Shown here: piece by piece, positions 1-10,262 of the stretch
Numbering within the stretch: the first letter of the stretch is position 1
Layout of the letters: each line of letters opens with the position of its first letter
From: Nitrospinaceae bacterium
GTDB lineage: Bacteria > Nitrospinota > Nitrospinia > Nitrospinales > Nitrospinaceae
DNA length: 64,000 nucleotides
Direction of reading: 5' to 3'
Assembly (NCBI GenBank): GCA_965223665.1
Contig: OZ245011.1
Coordinates: 2,848,001 to 2,912,000, forward strand
Made by a program: the position numbers and the translations under genes
Notes under the pieces: model-generated
Told to the model about the DNA's origin: nothing
The model's database searches: none
Seen by the model: only the letters and a program-made list of their open reading frames with translations

Positions 1-163
1 CTTCGTCACGGACGATCCCATCCACCACAGCCTCCTGCTCTAAAGGCATAACTCCAAAAGAAGAAAGTTCATATTTATTTTTCGATCCCATCAATTGAGC
101 AACCTTTATGGAGTTGGATCCAATATCAACAGCTAATAATGGTGTATTTTCAGAAAGGAACAT
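1..163 (-). CDS. pilM: Type IV pilus assembly protein PilM, N-terminal part (runs off the left edge; not in ORF track)
   Basis: Manual translation from ATG at 163: MFLSENTPLLAVDIGSNSIKVAQLMGSKNKYELSSFGVMPLEQEAVVDGIVRDE. DIGSxSIK actin-like ATPase motif plus the PilM-type 'AVVDG.V.D' segment. Confidence 0.85.
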   Translation of the reverse strand, partial: MFLSENTPLLAVDIGSNSIKVAQLMGSKNKYELSSFGVMPLEQEAVVDGIVRDE

Positions 164-240
164 GAAATTTTCCTAAAATAAAGTTACCTACTAAAATCTT
201 GAAAATTCGGTCAATAAGAAAATTTACCGAATATTAAATG

Positions 241-510
241 TCATTTTCTTAGCTTAATTCTTGCTCTGGAAGCACTTGAGCCAGAATTATTTCCAAAAAC
301 TTTTTCCCGATCCCCTAATTTATAACCCAGAGCTAAAATAATCTTCCGCTTAGTGTCCAGCCGGCAATCCATTCCTTTTTCAATTCGATCTAGGGTTTGA
401 ACCGTTACATCCGCTTTTCTTGCTAATTCAGCCTTGCTCATCATCATTGATTCTCGAATTCGGCGAACATTATTTTCGTGGGTCAATACCCTTTCCTTCC
501 TAAGTGGCAT
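241..510 (-). CDS. Small XRE-family helix-turn-helix protein
   Basis: NNVRRIRESMMMSKAELARKADVTVQTLDRIEKG is an HTH_3 pattern; lies directly upstream of pilM; start codon uncertain. Confidence 0.85.
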   Translation of the reverse strand: MPLRKERVLTHENNVRRIRESMMMSKAELARKADVTVQTLDRIEKGMDCRLDTKRKIILALGYKLGDREKVFGNNSGSSASRARIKLRK

Positions 511-562
511 GCGGGTCTTCTAAAAAGTTTGTTATTCTACTGTTTTTAAAGGGGTTAATTTC

Positions 563-591
563 ATGATAAGGGAACCCCTAAATTTAGTCAA
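563..591 (-). promoter_or_regulatory. Putative sigma-70 promoter for the HTH-pilM unit
   Basis: Minus strand TTGACT-17 nt-TATCAT; inverted repeat AGGGGTT (550-556) / AACCCCT (573-579) brackets the -10. Confidence 0.5.
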
Positions 592-866
592 TAACAATTG
601 AAAAAAATGTAAATTTAATAAAATTTATATATATTTCCTAAAAAGGTTTTTACAAATTTCAGTATAAAGAAGGAACAAAGTGAGCAAAAACCGATTCAAT
701 TCTTATTAACATTTGATAGCTATACATTAAGTGTAAAGTTAAATTATGATTTTTCCAACCTAAATCTATTAATTCCTTAAAAAAAGATCAGATTAAAATT
801 TGCCCATTTTGACGACCCTAAATCTTTTTTGGAAACACAAAGTTTTTTCGTTAAAATCATTCCACT

Positions 867-2198
867 ATGAAACAGGTCTATTTAGAAACCTTTGGTTGCC
901 AAATGAACGTCGCTGATTCCGATCGTATGGAACTGTTATTATTTAATTCGGGATATCTGCGTACACCTCATAAAGAAGATGCAGATTTAATATTAATAAA
1001 TACTTGTTCCATTAGAGAAAAGGCAGAACAAAAAGTCTTTTCCTTATTCGGAGGAATGCGCTCTTTAAAAAAAGATAACCCCGATCTAATTTTTGGTTTG
1101 GCTGGGTGTCTGGCCCAACAGGAAAAGGAACAACTTTTCAAAAGAATTCCTCAGTTAGATTTGATAATCGGTCCAGATTCAATTGAAGATATTCCCTGGG
1201 CAGTTGACCAAGTTTCTAGTGAACGTAGGCCAGTAATTTGGACGGAATTCGATGACAAAAGTAATTACTCGATTCCTCAGACAAAAAACAACAAGGCCCC
1301 TGGGCCCAGTGTTTTTGTAAACATTATTAAAGGATGTGATAAGTTTTGTAGCTTTTGTGTAGTTCCTTTTACCCGTGGCCGTGAAAAGTCTCGGGAAGCC
1401 TCGGAAATTTATGAAGAAATACAGCAACTTGTGGATTTAGGTGCGAAGGAATTTATTCTATTAGGCCAAAATGTTAATGCCTATGGAAAAAGAGGGATGC
1501 AACAACCTGTTGCCTTTCATGAATTACTTTATAAGGTTTCTGAAATTCCCGGTGTAGAGCGATTAAGATTCACGACTAGTCACCCCAGAGATTTTACGCG
1601 AGATTTAATTTTAGCTTATCGGGATATTCCTAACTTAATGAATCATCTTCACCTTCCGGTTCAAAGTGGTAATAATCGGGTTCTAGAAATTATGCGCCGT
1701 AACCATACTGTAGAAGAATACTTAGCTCTCATTGAAGAACTTAAATCTGAAGTTCCAGGCATTGCATTATCAACAGATATTATTGTTGGGTTTCCAAGTG
1801 AAACTAAAAATGAATTTGAAGATACATTAAATTTAATGAAAACTGTGGGATTCAATAATAGCTACATGTTCTCTTATAGTCCACGGCCCAACACACCAGC
1901 ACTTGAATTCGAAGATACTGTTTCTGAAGAAGAAAAAAAAGCACGTCTTCAGCAAACCATTAATTTGCAAAATCAATTAACTGAAAATCAAGGTATAAGT
2001 TTTTTGGGCAAGCAAGTGGAAGTTTTGATAGAAAGTAAAACAAACCGCAATCAAATGAATTTTAAAGGAAGAAATCCCGAGTATTGGATGGTTCTCTTTA
2101 AAGGCGGCGAAGACTGTTTAAAACCTGGAGATATAGTCACGGTTGCTGTGGAATCAGTTTCAGGTCATGTTTTACACGGGTCTCTCGTCGATCAATAA
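867..2198 (+). CDS. miaB: tRNA-2-methylthio-N6-dimethylallyladenosine synthase MiaB
   Basis: TFGCQMN, NTCSIREKAE, GCLAQ; radical SAM motif CDKFCSFC; C-terminal TRAM domain. Confidence 0.97.
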   Translation: MKQVYLETFGCQMNVADSDRMELLLFNSGYLRTPHKEDADLILINTCSIREKAEQKVFSLFGGMRSLKKDNPDLIFGLAGCLAQQEKEQLFKRIPQLDLIIGPDSIEDIPWAVDQVSSERRPVIWTEFDDKSNYSIPQTKNNKAPGPSVFVNIIKGCDKFCSFCVVPFTRGREKSREASEIYEEIQQLVDLGAKEFILLGQNVNAYGKRGMQQPVAFHELLYKVSEIPGVERLRFTTSHPRDFTRDLILAYRDIPNLMNHLHLPVQSGNNRVLEIMRRNHTVEEYLALIEELKSEVPGIALSTDIIVGFPSETKNEFEDTLNLMKTVGFNNSYMFSYSPRPNTPALEFEDTVSEEEKKARLQQTINLQNQLTENQGISFLGKQVEVLIESKTNRNQMNFKGRNPEYWMVLFKGGEDCLKPGDIVTVAVESVSGHVLHGSLVDQ

Positions 2199-3640
2199 AT
2201 ACCCAACCGGTAATAAATATCTTCTTCTAGTCGATCCAAATTAGGTTGCACCATATGGACAGCCATTCGCATATCCCGAATACTTTTAATTTCAGGAGGG
2301 GTATCTCTTTGCGACAAATTGGTTAATGCCTCTAAACAAAAAGTATCTAATTCGGCCAATTGTTCAATAATTTCTTCAGGAAGATCTTCCAAGTTAACTA
2401 AATTTACTTCTAAAAATCGCATCATTTCTATTAAACGAATTTTTACGGAGACAACGCTTTTCCTAATTTTTGAAATCAATATAGATTCCGGTGATTCTAG
2501 TTCCTCATAAATTTGGTGAAGAAGTTTTCTTAACAATCGATAAAAAGCATTACTTTGCCTCTGATTAAAAAAACAATCTTTTTTCGCACCAAATAAAAGA
2601 TCAAAAATCGTTTTAATCTCGAATCCTTGATCATCCAGAAGCGTAATAAGGATGGCCTTAAATTCATTTTCTGTTATGGCCAAACCCATGTCTTCAAAAA
2701 TATTTTGTAAGGATCCTGTACGGCCTACAGGTTTTTTCTTAATGACTTCAAAAACTGAATCCAAGTTACTTTCTGAAGCTTGCGGTAAAAATTGAATTTC
2801 ACCACTAGGTCCTCTACCTAAAGTAAAAGAAGTAATAAATTCTGTAAAACTTATTAGAGAAAAAGCAGAGGCAAAATTATCGAGATCTTGAAATGAATAA
2901 AACAGATAGAGCAACTGTTTCTCCAAACTGGCAAATTGGAATTTAGGATGCTCACAAAACTGACCTAAAGTTTTTTCTAATTGAATATAAAAATATCTTA
3001 ACTTTAATTGATCTTGTAGCTGATCCTTATTCTTATAGGGCTGAACCTCAAACAGTCCTTGGTCAAAATCTTTCAAACAAATTTTTAGAGCATCACTTAT
3101 ATCCCGGTTAATTTCCTTAAAATATTTCTTTAGATCCCAAATGGTTAAGTCTACTTTACTTTTTCCAGGCACCCACGGGTTTACAATTATATGATCCGGA
3201 AAATGACGTTGGCTGGAATATTGATAAAAAGGCATCACCTCATCGATAAAAAAAGATTTTTTCTTCTTTGGAATTTCCTCTCCATTTTGATCTATTAACT
3301 TTATTTGAGATTCTTGTAACTCAACTGATAAAAAGGGAATAAAACGATGACCGGCTAGAAGAATTTTTCGATCTTTTTCAAATTTACTCAATTCAATTAC
3401 GATTGGCATGGATCCAATATGTTGAAATACTGCTGAATAAGGTACATAGCTTTTTTGATCGATTCCAATTAAAAAATCATGGTCGAATAGTTTCTCCCTA
3501 AGATCATTTAATGTTGAGGGGGCAATTCGACGATGCCAATGTTCCTGAATTCTGGAAACAAATTCATCTGCGGTAAATGGAGCCTGCGAATCTCTTATTA
3601 AATTTTCTGCTAATTTATGAAGGGTGAGCCGCTTTGTCAT
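2192..3640 (-). CDS. Hypothetical protein (482 aa)
   Basis: Long ORF with AT-rich coding bias, convergent with miaB (7 bp overlap); no motif recognised. Confidence 0.8.
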   Translation of the reverse strand: MTKRLTLHKLAENLIRDSQAPFTADEFVSRIQEHWHRRIAPSTLNDLREKLFDHDFLIGIDQKSYVPYSAVFQHIGSMPIVIELSKFEKDRKILLAGHRFIPFLSVELQESQIKLIDQNGEEIPKKKKSFFIDEVMPFYQYSSQRHFPDHIIVNPWVPGKSKVDLTIWDLKKYFKEINRDISDALKICLKDFDQGLFEVQPYKNKDQLQDQLKLRYFYIQLEKTLGQFCEHPKFQFASLEKQLLYLFYSFQDLDNFASAFSLISFTEFITSFTLGRGPSGEIQFLPQASESNLDSVFEVIKKKPVGRTGSLQNIFEDMGLAITENEFKAILITLLDDQGFEIKTIFDLLFGAKKDCFFNQRQSNAFYRLLRKLLHQIYEELESPESILISKIRKSVVSVKIRLIEMMRFLEVNLVNLEDLPEEIIEQLAELDTFCLEALTNLSQRDTPPEIKSIRDMRMAVHMVQPNLDRLEEDIYYRLGIY

Positions 3641-3997
3641 GGGCAGAAGGAGGAATGATTGGAATTCAATAATTTTTTATTAAGGCTGATCTGATAACTC
3701 ATCAACCTGGAAGGTCCAATACTTACAATTTTTAACGGGGTTGATGGTAACACAAAAAGCTATTGCTGTTAAATATTTTATGGGAGATATAATGAACTGA
3801 TTCAAAAAACCATTTTTTTTAGAAAAGAAAAATAAATTCACTCCCCCAAGTCTTAATAAAACAAAGGCTAATTAAGAAAATATTAAATTTTAAGTTCTAT
3901 AATGGACCGCTAAATAATAAAACCATTGATTTTATTCCTTAGAATTAGGTAAATTTAAATCATAAAATAAACAAAATAGTTATTTGGAAAGGGAAAA

Positions 3998-4258
3998 ATG
4001 ATGTCTCATCAACACGATATCGAAATCACTTATCGAAGAATATTTAATAGACTTAAAACCCGTAAAAAGTTTTCAATTCAAGCCATCGAAGGAGAAAAAG
4101 TAACCATTGAGCAAGATGAAGAAATTTGTGGTCAGAAAGAACCTAGAACTTTTGTTTTTAATAGTGAAAAAGAACTTGAAGAATTTGTAACTCAAGAAAA
4201 TCAGATTGAACGGGATATCGAAGGCCAACTTTCTGGCGACCAAATGCCCTATAGGTAA
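3998..4258 (+). CDS. Hypothetical small acidic protein
   Basis: 86-aa ORF, purine-rich RBS (AAAGGGAAAA), fills an intergenic gap. Confidence 0.75.
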   Translation: MMSHQHDIEITYRRIFNRLKTRKKFSIQAIEGEKVTIEQDEEICGQKEPRTFVFNSEKELEEFVTQENQIERDIEGQLSGDQMPYR

Positions 4259-4284
4259 AATTGATAAAAATTAAAGAAATGGAT

Positions 4285-4863
4285 TCATTTCTTGACCTTC
4301 CAAGATCCGTCGGTCATTTGAACTTTTTCACCCGATTTTGCATTGTCTCTATTGAGGCTAGCTGAAATAGACTGAACTTTTGGAAGGTCTCCTTCAGAAA
4401 AGTGGGTATTGGTGGCCAATATTCTTTCGTAAATTGCCATCCTGTCTTCATTTTCTTCTTGGACCAAAGCCATAACAAATTTTTTAAATTTAACATTCTT
4501 TTTGGTCTGAGGAGTTTCGAAAAATTTTAACAATCCTCTATTGGATTCCCCTACACATCCGATCTTTTTAAATCGTTGAATATCATCATGATTAAATTCC
4601 TGCCTTTGTTTAGCTCTAATGGCTTTTAACTTTCCAGGAGGAATTTCAGAGACACTCTTTAATTTACCGTTTTCATCTACAGATCTGACGGAAGCTAAAA
4701 GAATTACATCGTTGCCAATCTCCTCGTAACTTCCTAAAACCTGGTTCTCTAAAGCCGTTTTTTGGTCAACCACAGTGACATTCACATCCGCTAAGGAACC
4801 ACCGCATCCAGAAAATAAAATCACGGAAGAAAATAAAATTAATATTTTTTGACGAATCCTCAT
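4285..4863 (-). CDS. Lipoprotein, DUF1318/YdbL-like
   Basis: Lipobox FSGC; GESNRG, EN.DR..IY and Q..DG.W..K ending typical of DUF1318. Confidence 0.75.
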   Translation of the reverse strand: MRIRQKILILFSSVILFSGCGGSLADVNVTVVDQKTALENQVLGSYEEIGNDVILLASVRSVDENGKLKSVSEIPPGKLKAIRAKQRQEFNHDDIQRFKKIGCVGESNRGLLKFFETPQTKKNVKFKKFVMALVQEENEDRMAIYERILATNTHFSEGDLPKVQSISASLNRDNAKSGEKVQMTDGSWKVKK

Positions 4864-4902
4864 TTTGTCTCTTAAAAAAATTCTAATAAATTCATTAAAT
4901 CG

Positions 4903-6171
4903 TTAATTAAATCTCCGAAGAACAATCGCCGAGTTTTTGGATCCAAATGAAATACAATTGCTTATGGCAACATTGATTTTTTTTTCTCTTGCTTCATTAG
5001 CAATATAATCCATATCACATTCCGGATCCGGATGTTCTATATTAATTGTAGGTGTAAGCAGCCCTTTGGATAATGACAAGGCAGTCACAGAAATTCCTAA
5101 AGCCCCAGAAGCTCCTTGAGGATGTCCAATCATAGATTTGGTAGAGCTAACAGGTACCTGCATTGCAAATCCATTTAAGGCTTGTTTGACAGCAAATGTC
5201 TCTATTCGATCATTCATGACCGTGGAGGTTCCATGAAAGTTTATGTAGTTAATATCTTCTTCATTTATTTGGGCATCCTTCATTGCCAATCTCAAAGCTC
5301 GAGTCGATTGCTTTCCATCTGGCATAATGGCAACACGATGATATGCATCACAAGTTGTTCCATAACCAATCATTTCTGCATAAATCGAAGAACCCCTTTT
5401 TTTTGCATGCTCCAGTTCTTCCAGAATAAACATCCAACTTCCCTCAGCCAATACAAACCCCTCTCGATCCCTGTTAAAGGGACGCGATCCTCTTTCAGGA
5501 TCTTCATTAAAATGAATGGGATTGGCTTTCATCCTTTCAAAACCTGTCATCATGGCGGGAGTTACACAGGCCTCCACTCCACCGGTTAAAAACCAATCTT
5601 CTTGTCCAAACCGAATCGCGTTAAAGGCATAACCCATCGCATCTGTGGAGCTGGTACACCCGTTTGAAATAACATGGCTACGGCCTTGTATTCCGAACTT
5701 CATTGAAACTTCACTTGAAAGCATTCCAACTAACGAATTAGAAATGGCATAGGGGCTAATTTTCTTTTTTTGATCCGAATAAAAAAAATTAAATTGCTTT
5801 TCAGAAAAATCAAAACCAGAGCCCCCTGTACCAACTAAAACTCCCAAGCTTTCCTGATCTTCCTCAGAAAATTCGCTAAAATCAATCCCGGCATCATTTA
5901 ATGCTTCCTGAGAAGCAGCCACACATAAGGGTACCGTCCTGGGAAGTTTTTTCAAATCCTGACCCGAATAATATTGAGTAGGGTCAAACTCTGAAACTTC
6001 ACCCGCAATTTGACATTCAAGACCATCGGGATTAAAACTTTGAATTTTGTTTATTCCACTGATACCGTTACAAGTATTTTCCCAAAAAACTTCTTTGCCC
6101 ATTCCATTGGGACTCATTACTCCGATACCAGTCAGCACCACTCTGCGAGGAAACATAAATATTCGTATCAA
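4903..6171 (-). CDS. fabF: Beta-ketoacyl-ACP synthase II family
   Basis: RRVVLTGIG; catalytic Cys (GCTSS); His in HGTST and KSMIGH; SFG near C-terminus. Confidence 0.88.
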   Translation of the reverse strand: MIRIFMFPRRVVLTGIGVMSPNGMGKEVFWENTCNGISGINKIQSFNPDGLECQIAGEVSEFDPTQYYSGQDLKKLPRTVPLCVAASQEALNDAGIDFSEFSEEDQESLGVLVGTGGSGFDFSEKQFNFFYSDQKKKISPYAISNSLVGMLSSEVSMKFGIQGRSHVISNGCTSSTDAMGYAFNAIRFGQEDWFLTGGVEACVTPAMMTGFERMKANPIHFNEDPERGSRPFNRDREGFVLAEGSWMFILEELEHAKKRGSSIYAEMIGYGTTCDAYHRVAIMPDGKQSTRALRLAMKDAQINEEDINYINFHGTSTVMNDRIETFAVKQALNGFAMQVPVSSTKSMIGHPQGASGALGISVTALSLSKGLLTPTINIEHPDPECDMDYIANEAREKKINVAISNCISFGSKNSAIVLRRFN

Positions 6172-6371
6172 CGTTTACAGAAATTCAATAACTAGAAAAT
6201 TTTATCACACTGAATTCACCTCCGACAAAATATATCGTTAAGAAAAAAATTACTTCACTTTATGTCAAACTTTGTAAAAAGAAGGAAACTCTTTTATCCT
6301 ATTTTAAAATTTGAAAATTTAATGTTAACCTTTGAAAAATAACTTTTTCTCTATGGATGAGAGGTTAAATT

Positions 6372-7478
6372 TTGAACTCTTCTGCATCTTTACAACAACA
6401 AATTGGACAAATGATTATCTCGGGGTTTCACGGCACCACAATTTCCCGGGAAACAGAAGATTTAATTCGAAATCGCAATATTGGTGGTTTAATTCTCTTT
6501 GAACGAAACTTTGAATCCTCAATTCAACTGTATAATCTTATAAAAGATTTGCAAAGTTTAGCTTTGTCTTCCACTCCCGGATGGCCATTATTTATTTCGG
6601 TAGACCAGGAGGGTGGAAGAGTCGCAAGATTAAAATCCCCCTTTACCAATTACCCCCCACTTTGTTGTCTTGGTGAAGCTCAATCGAAAGCTCTTGCAAT
6701 TCGATTCGCTAAAGCCCTAGCAATTGAATTACTTGAGGTAGGTATAAATATGGATTATGCTCCGGTTTTGGATGTCCATACGAATCCGAAAAACCCGGTA
6801 ATAGGTGATCGAGCTTTTAGTTCTTCTCCCGATGAAACGGCAAATTTGGGTAACGCTTTCATAAAAGGGTTCCGTCAAGCGGGCATAATACCTGTGGGAA
6901 AACATTTTCCAGGTCATGGAGACACCCATTTAGATTCTCATTTGGATTTACCATACGTTAACAGAACTAAAGAAGAATTGGAGAATGTAGAATTAATTCC
7001 CTTCAAACAAACTATCGAACAGGGTCTAGAGGTTTTAATGACCGCACACGTTGTCTATTCTCAATGGGATGAGAAAAATCCTGCCACCTTTTCAAAGGCT
7101 ATTTTACAAAATATCTTGCGTAAGCGATTAGGATTTAAGGGAATTGTAATTTCTGACGATTTAGAAATGAAAGCCGTGGAAAAATATTTTCCATTAGATT
7201 CTATACCTCATTTGGGATTAGAGGCTGGTCTGGATATATTTTTGATATGTCATAACCTCGATAAAGTGAAGGAATTGCAAGATTTGATTACTAAGTCTGT
7301 TACATCTGGCAAAGTAACTCGTACTCGTATAGAAGAATCGTTATCAAGAATACTAAAAGTTAAAAAAAATATGGCAGTGTCACCACCAAATCCTCCTCAA
7401 CCCCAAAAGTGGAAAGAATCCCATCAAAAATTGGCAGAAGAAATGCGTGCTTACATGAGTAAACTGCCTTTATCCTAA
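6372..7478 (+). CDS. nagZ: Beta-N-acetylhexosaminidase (GH3)
   Basis: DQEGGRV, KHFPGHGDTHLDSH and SDDLEM motifs. Confidence 0.93.
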   Translation: MNSSASLQQQIGQMIISGFHGTTISRETEDLIRNRNIGGLILFERNFESSIQLYNLIKDLQSLALSSTPGWPLFISVDQEGGRVARLKSPFTNYPPLCCLGEAQSKALAIRFAKALAIELLEVGINMDYAPVLDVHTNPKNPVIGDRAFSSSPDETANLGNAFIKGFRQAGIIPVGKHFPGHGDTHLDSHLDLPYVNRTKEELENVELIPFKQTIEQGLEVLMTAHVVYSQWDEKNPATFSKAILQNILRKRLGFKGIVISDDLEMKAVEKYFPLDSIPHLGLEAGLDIFLICHNLDKVKELQDLITKSVTSGKVTRTRIEESLSRILKVKKNMAVSPPNPPQPQKWKESHQKLAEEMRAYMSKLPLS

Positions 7479-7570
7479 TATTGAGTATCTCAATATCTCT
7501 GGTAAACCACATAATTGAAGTTTTCAGAAATAAATATTTTTGATATGCGTCCTTTTAGCTTTCATAAAAA

Positions 7571-9181
7571 ATGAATATTCAAAGTATTACTCCTATAACA
7601 AGAAATTATTTTTTTGCTTATATCGCTCTAGCACTCTACTTTTATTCCTATTCTCGTTATGGACTAAATCTTTGGGATGAAGGAGGCTTTGCTTACGGAA
7701 CCTGGCGAACCTGGAACGGACAAATAGCTATGAAGGATTTTAATCCCATAGGTTATTTACCGGGTCGATATTTTTTTGGAACTTTAATGTTTAAAATTTT
7801 TGGAGTGGAATTACAAAGCCTCCGAATGGGGATGGTGCTACTGACACCTTTCATGGTTTTAGGAGTATTTGCTATTGCCATTAGATTGATGCCTTTAAGA
7901 TTTTCCTTACTAGCTTCCGCAATGATTTTGTCGGCCCCCTCAATGTATTACAACCGTTTCTTTCCAATATTTTGCGTTCTAAATTTATTTTTTTTAATTC
8001 GTTGCTTGGAAAATCCTTCTCGATCTTCAATTATATTACTAATAAGCGCCTTAATTATTTCTTTATTATTTAAACCTGAGGTTTCAATAATCTCTATACT
8101 GGTAAGTGGAATAGTTTTAATTCCCAAGTTATTCATCAAAAAAGAACTAAAGTTTACTCGCAAACAATTGCCTTGGTTGATTGGTTTTCTCTTGGTAGGA
8201 ACTTGGAATTTGTATTATTGGATACAAAATGATGTTTTTTCAAAACTATTTAACATTGTGATTTCTACCCACCAGGTTTGGGGAAATCCTTTTCCTTCCA
8301 TTTTTCCTTTTGTAGATCAATTAAACAAATTTGGTCCTCACCTTATGTTTGAAAAAATTTTGTTTTATTTACCTCCACTAATTTATTTGCTTACTTTTGG
8401 AGTGATTGTCTATCGTTATTGGATCAAAAAAAATGCTCATGAAATAGAAACCGGCATTCTCATTTCCATTCTAGGTTTTGGAATAGGATCATTTGGATTA
8501 GTAATATGGCGCGCTGGATTTGATAATTTATTGAGAACTTTGCCTGCGTTTTATATTTTAGTGAGCTATTATCTTTGGAAGTTATGGCCAAAGTCATCTT
8601 TGACCACCCTTTCAACAACCATGAAAAAAGTTTCTAAAATTCCATTCTTCTACGGAATTCGAATTGTTTTATTATTATTTCCGGTTTTATTTCTTTATGA
8701 GATGAATGTCCACCACGGGTTTTATGCAGGATCAATTGGTGCAATTATCAAACAACCAGCGACAATAAATACTGAAAGAATAAAAGTCTATACGAACCCT
8801 GTAGAAGCCCGATGGATCGATCAAATTTTAAAAAAGGTTTATCAATTCTCCAATCCAGGAGACTCCATTTTGGCTTTGCCTTTAAATCCAATTTTTTATT
8901 TTTTATCTCATAGAGAAAACTCAATTAATCATGACTGGATACTACCTGGTATGCTTAACGAAAGTCAGCAAAAAGATGTGATTAAACAAATTAAAAATAA
9001 CCCTCCCAAGCTGGTCATCTTATCTAATTTACCTATTGACGGAAAAGAAAGCCGAAGGTTTTCCAATTATGCTTCAGTAGTGCACCAATTCTTAATAAAT
9101 AACTATTCAATATATGAAAAAATAGGATTGTTTGATCTGTACCTTCCAAAAAACAAAAAATTATCTAAACCCATTACTTAA
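7571..9181 (+). CDS. Polytopic membrane protein, probable GT-C fold (ArnT/PMT-like) glycosyltransferase
   Basis: Many hydrophobic segments; LWDEG acidic pair after TM1; YLPG motif; soluble C-terminal domain. Confidence 0.6.
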   Translation: MNIQSITPITRNYFFAYIALALYFYSYSRYGLNLWDEGGFAYGTWRTWNGQIAMKDFNPIGYLPGRYFFGTLMFKIFGVELQSLRMGMVLLTPFMVLGVFAIAIRLMPLRFSLLASAMILSAPSMYYNRFFPIFCVLNLFFLIRCLENPSRSSIILLISALIISLLFKPEVSIISILVSGIVLIPKLFIKKELKFTRKQLPWLIGFLLVGTWNLYYWIQNDVFSKLFNIVISTHQVWGNPFPSIFPFVDQLNKFGPHLMFEKILFYLPPLIYLLTFGVIVYRYWIKKNAHEIETGILISILGFGIGSFGLVIWRAGFDNLLRTLPAFYILVSYYLWKLWPKSSLTTLSTTMKKVSKIPFFYGIRIVLLLFPVLFLYEMNVHHGFYAGSIGAIIKQPATINTERIKVYTNPVEARWIDQILKKVYQFSNPGDSILALPLNPIFYFLSHRENSINHDWILPGMLNESQQKDVIKQIKNNPPKLVILSNLPIDGKESRRFSNYASVVHQFLINNYSIYEKIGLFDLYLPKNKKLSKPIT

Positions 9182-9592
9182 ACTCTAATTTTGAAATCCC
9201 AAAAAGCGCAGAATATTTCTCAGGAAAAATATGATCACGTTCATAAAGGAGTTTAGATTTCCCAAACGTGTGACTTTTTTTCAAAAAAGTAAATTTTCAG
9301 AAGTTTTTTCCCAACCATTTCCTAAAACTAATTAACCTCAAAAACACCACTTTTTAGGTATTCAAGTTTAATTCATTCCTAATTTCTTACGAAAAAAAAC
9401 TCCTTAAAGCAAATCTTAAGTTAAATCTTCAACTTAACTTAATAAAAGTACTAACTGTTTAAAGCATCGATTTTTCAATTTATTACAAAGAATTTTTTTA
9501 AATTCACAATTTTCCCTATATTAAATTTAAACTTGCTTATTGAAGTAAATTTTAGAAATAAGTGAAAAAAAAATTCGAATTTACCTTATTTT

Positions 9593-9619
9593 TCAAATAT
9601 TTTTATAACATTCCGATAA
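9593..9619 (+). promoter_or_regulatory. Possible sigma-28 (FliA) promoter upstream of the XRE gene
   Basis: TCAAATAT-11 nt-TCCGATAA versus consensus TAAAGTTT-N11-GCCGATAA. Confidence 0.35.
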
Positions 9620-9692
9620 TTTTTGTAAAAAAATAAACCACAATTTTGGTGATTATTTTTGACAAAATGCCAAAAGTCTTTAGTTTTTTTAG

Positions 9693-9721
9693 TTGACTTC
9701 AACCTTTAAAAAAACTAAAGT
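9693..9721 (+). promoter_or_regulatory. Putative sigma-70 promoter for the XRE gene
   Basis: TTGACT-17 nt-TAAAGT. Confidence 0.4.
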
Positions 9722-9833
9722 TATGTCGGAATAGCTCTGAAAATATGGACCTTTAGGTATTATGACCAGTTTTTAACCTGAACGGTTTTAATGAAAAAAA
9801 CCACACAACAATTTTTTTAGAAGCAAAAAAAAA

Positions 9834-10253
9834 ATGCAAGAAAAAAAATACGGTACAGCAAAATTCCTTGGCCATCGTCTTCGTCAGTGGCGTAAGCAAA
9901 TTCCTCTAAAATCCTTTGAATTAGCAAAACTGATAAAAATTTCCCAAGGGTCTTTATCTGACATTGAAAACAATAAATCTCTACCTTCTGCAGATACAAT
10001 TGCAAAACTCTACCAATACACAAACCTCAATATTGTCTGGCTATTAACGGGTAAAGGACCAATGACCCGGAACGAAAAAGATCCGGCAATGGTAGATGAT
10101 GATCAAATGGTAGAAGAATCTATGGAAATGTATGGTGAAGATCAAAAACTAAAAGAAATGATTGAAAAACTAATTCGGATTTACAGGCAAGGAACTGCTG
10201 AGAAAAAGGCACACCTTATGGGCTTCCTAAATGGTGCAGATCCAGGGGAATAA
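9834..10253 (+). CDS. XRE-family transcriptional regulator
   Basis: LGHRLRQWRK...ELAKLIKISQGSLSDIENNKSLPS...WLLTGKG. Confidence 0.9.
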   Translation: MQEKKYGTAKFLGHRLRQWRKQIPLKSFELAKLIKISQGSLSDIENNKSLPSADTIAKLYQYTNLNIVWLLTGKGPMTRNEKDPAMVDDDQMVEESMEMYGEDQKLKEMIEKLIRIYRQGTAEKKAHLMGFLNGADPGE

Positions 10254-10262
10254 TTTTTGCTT

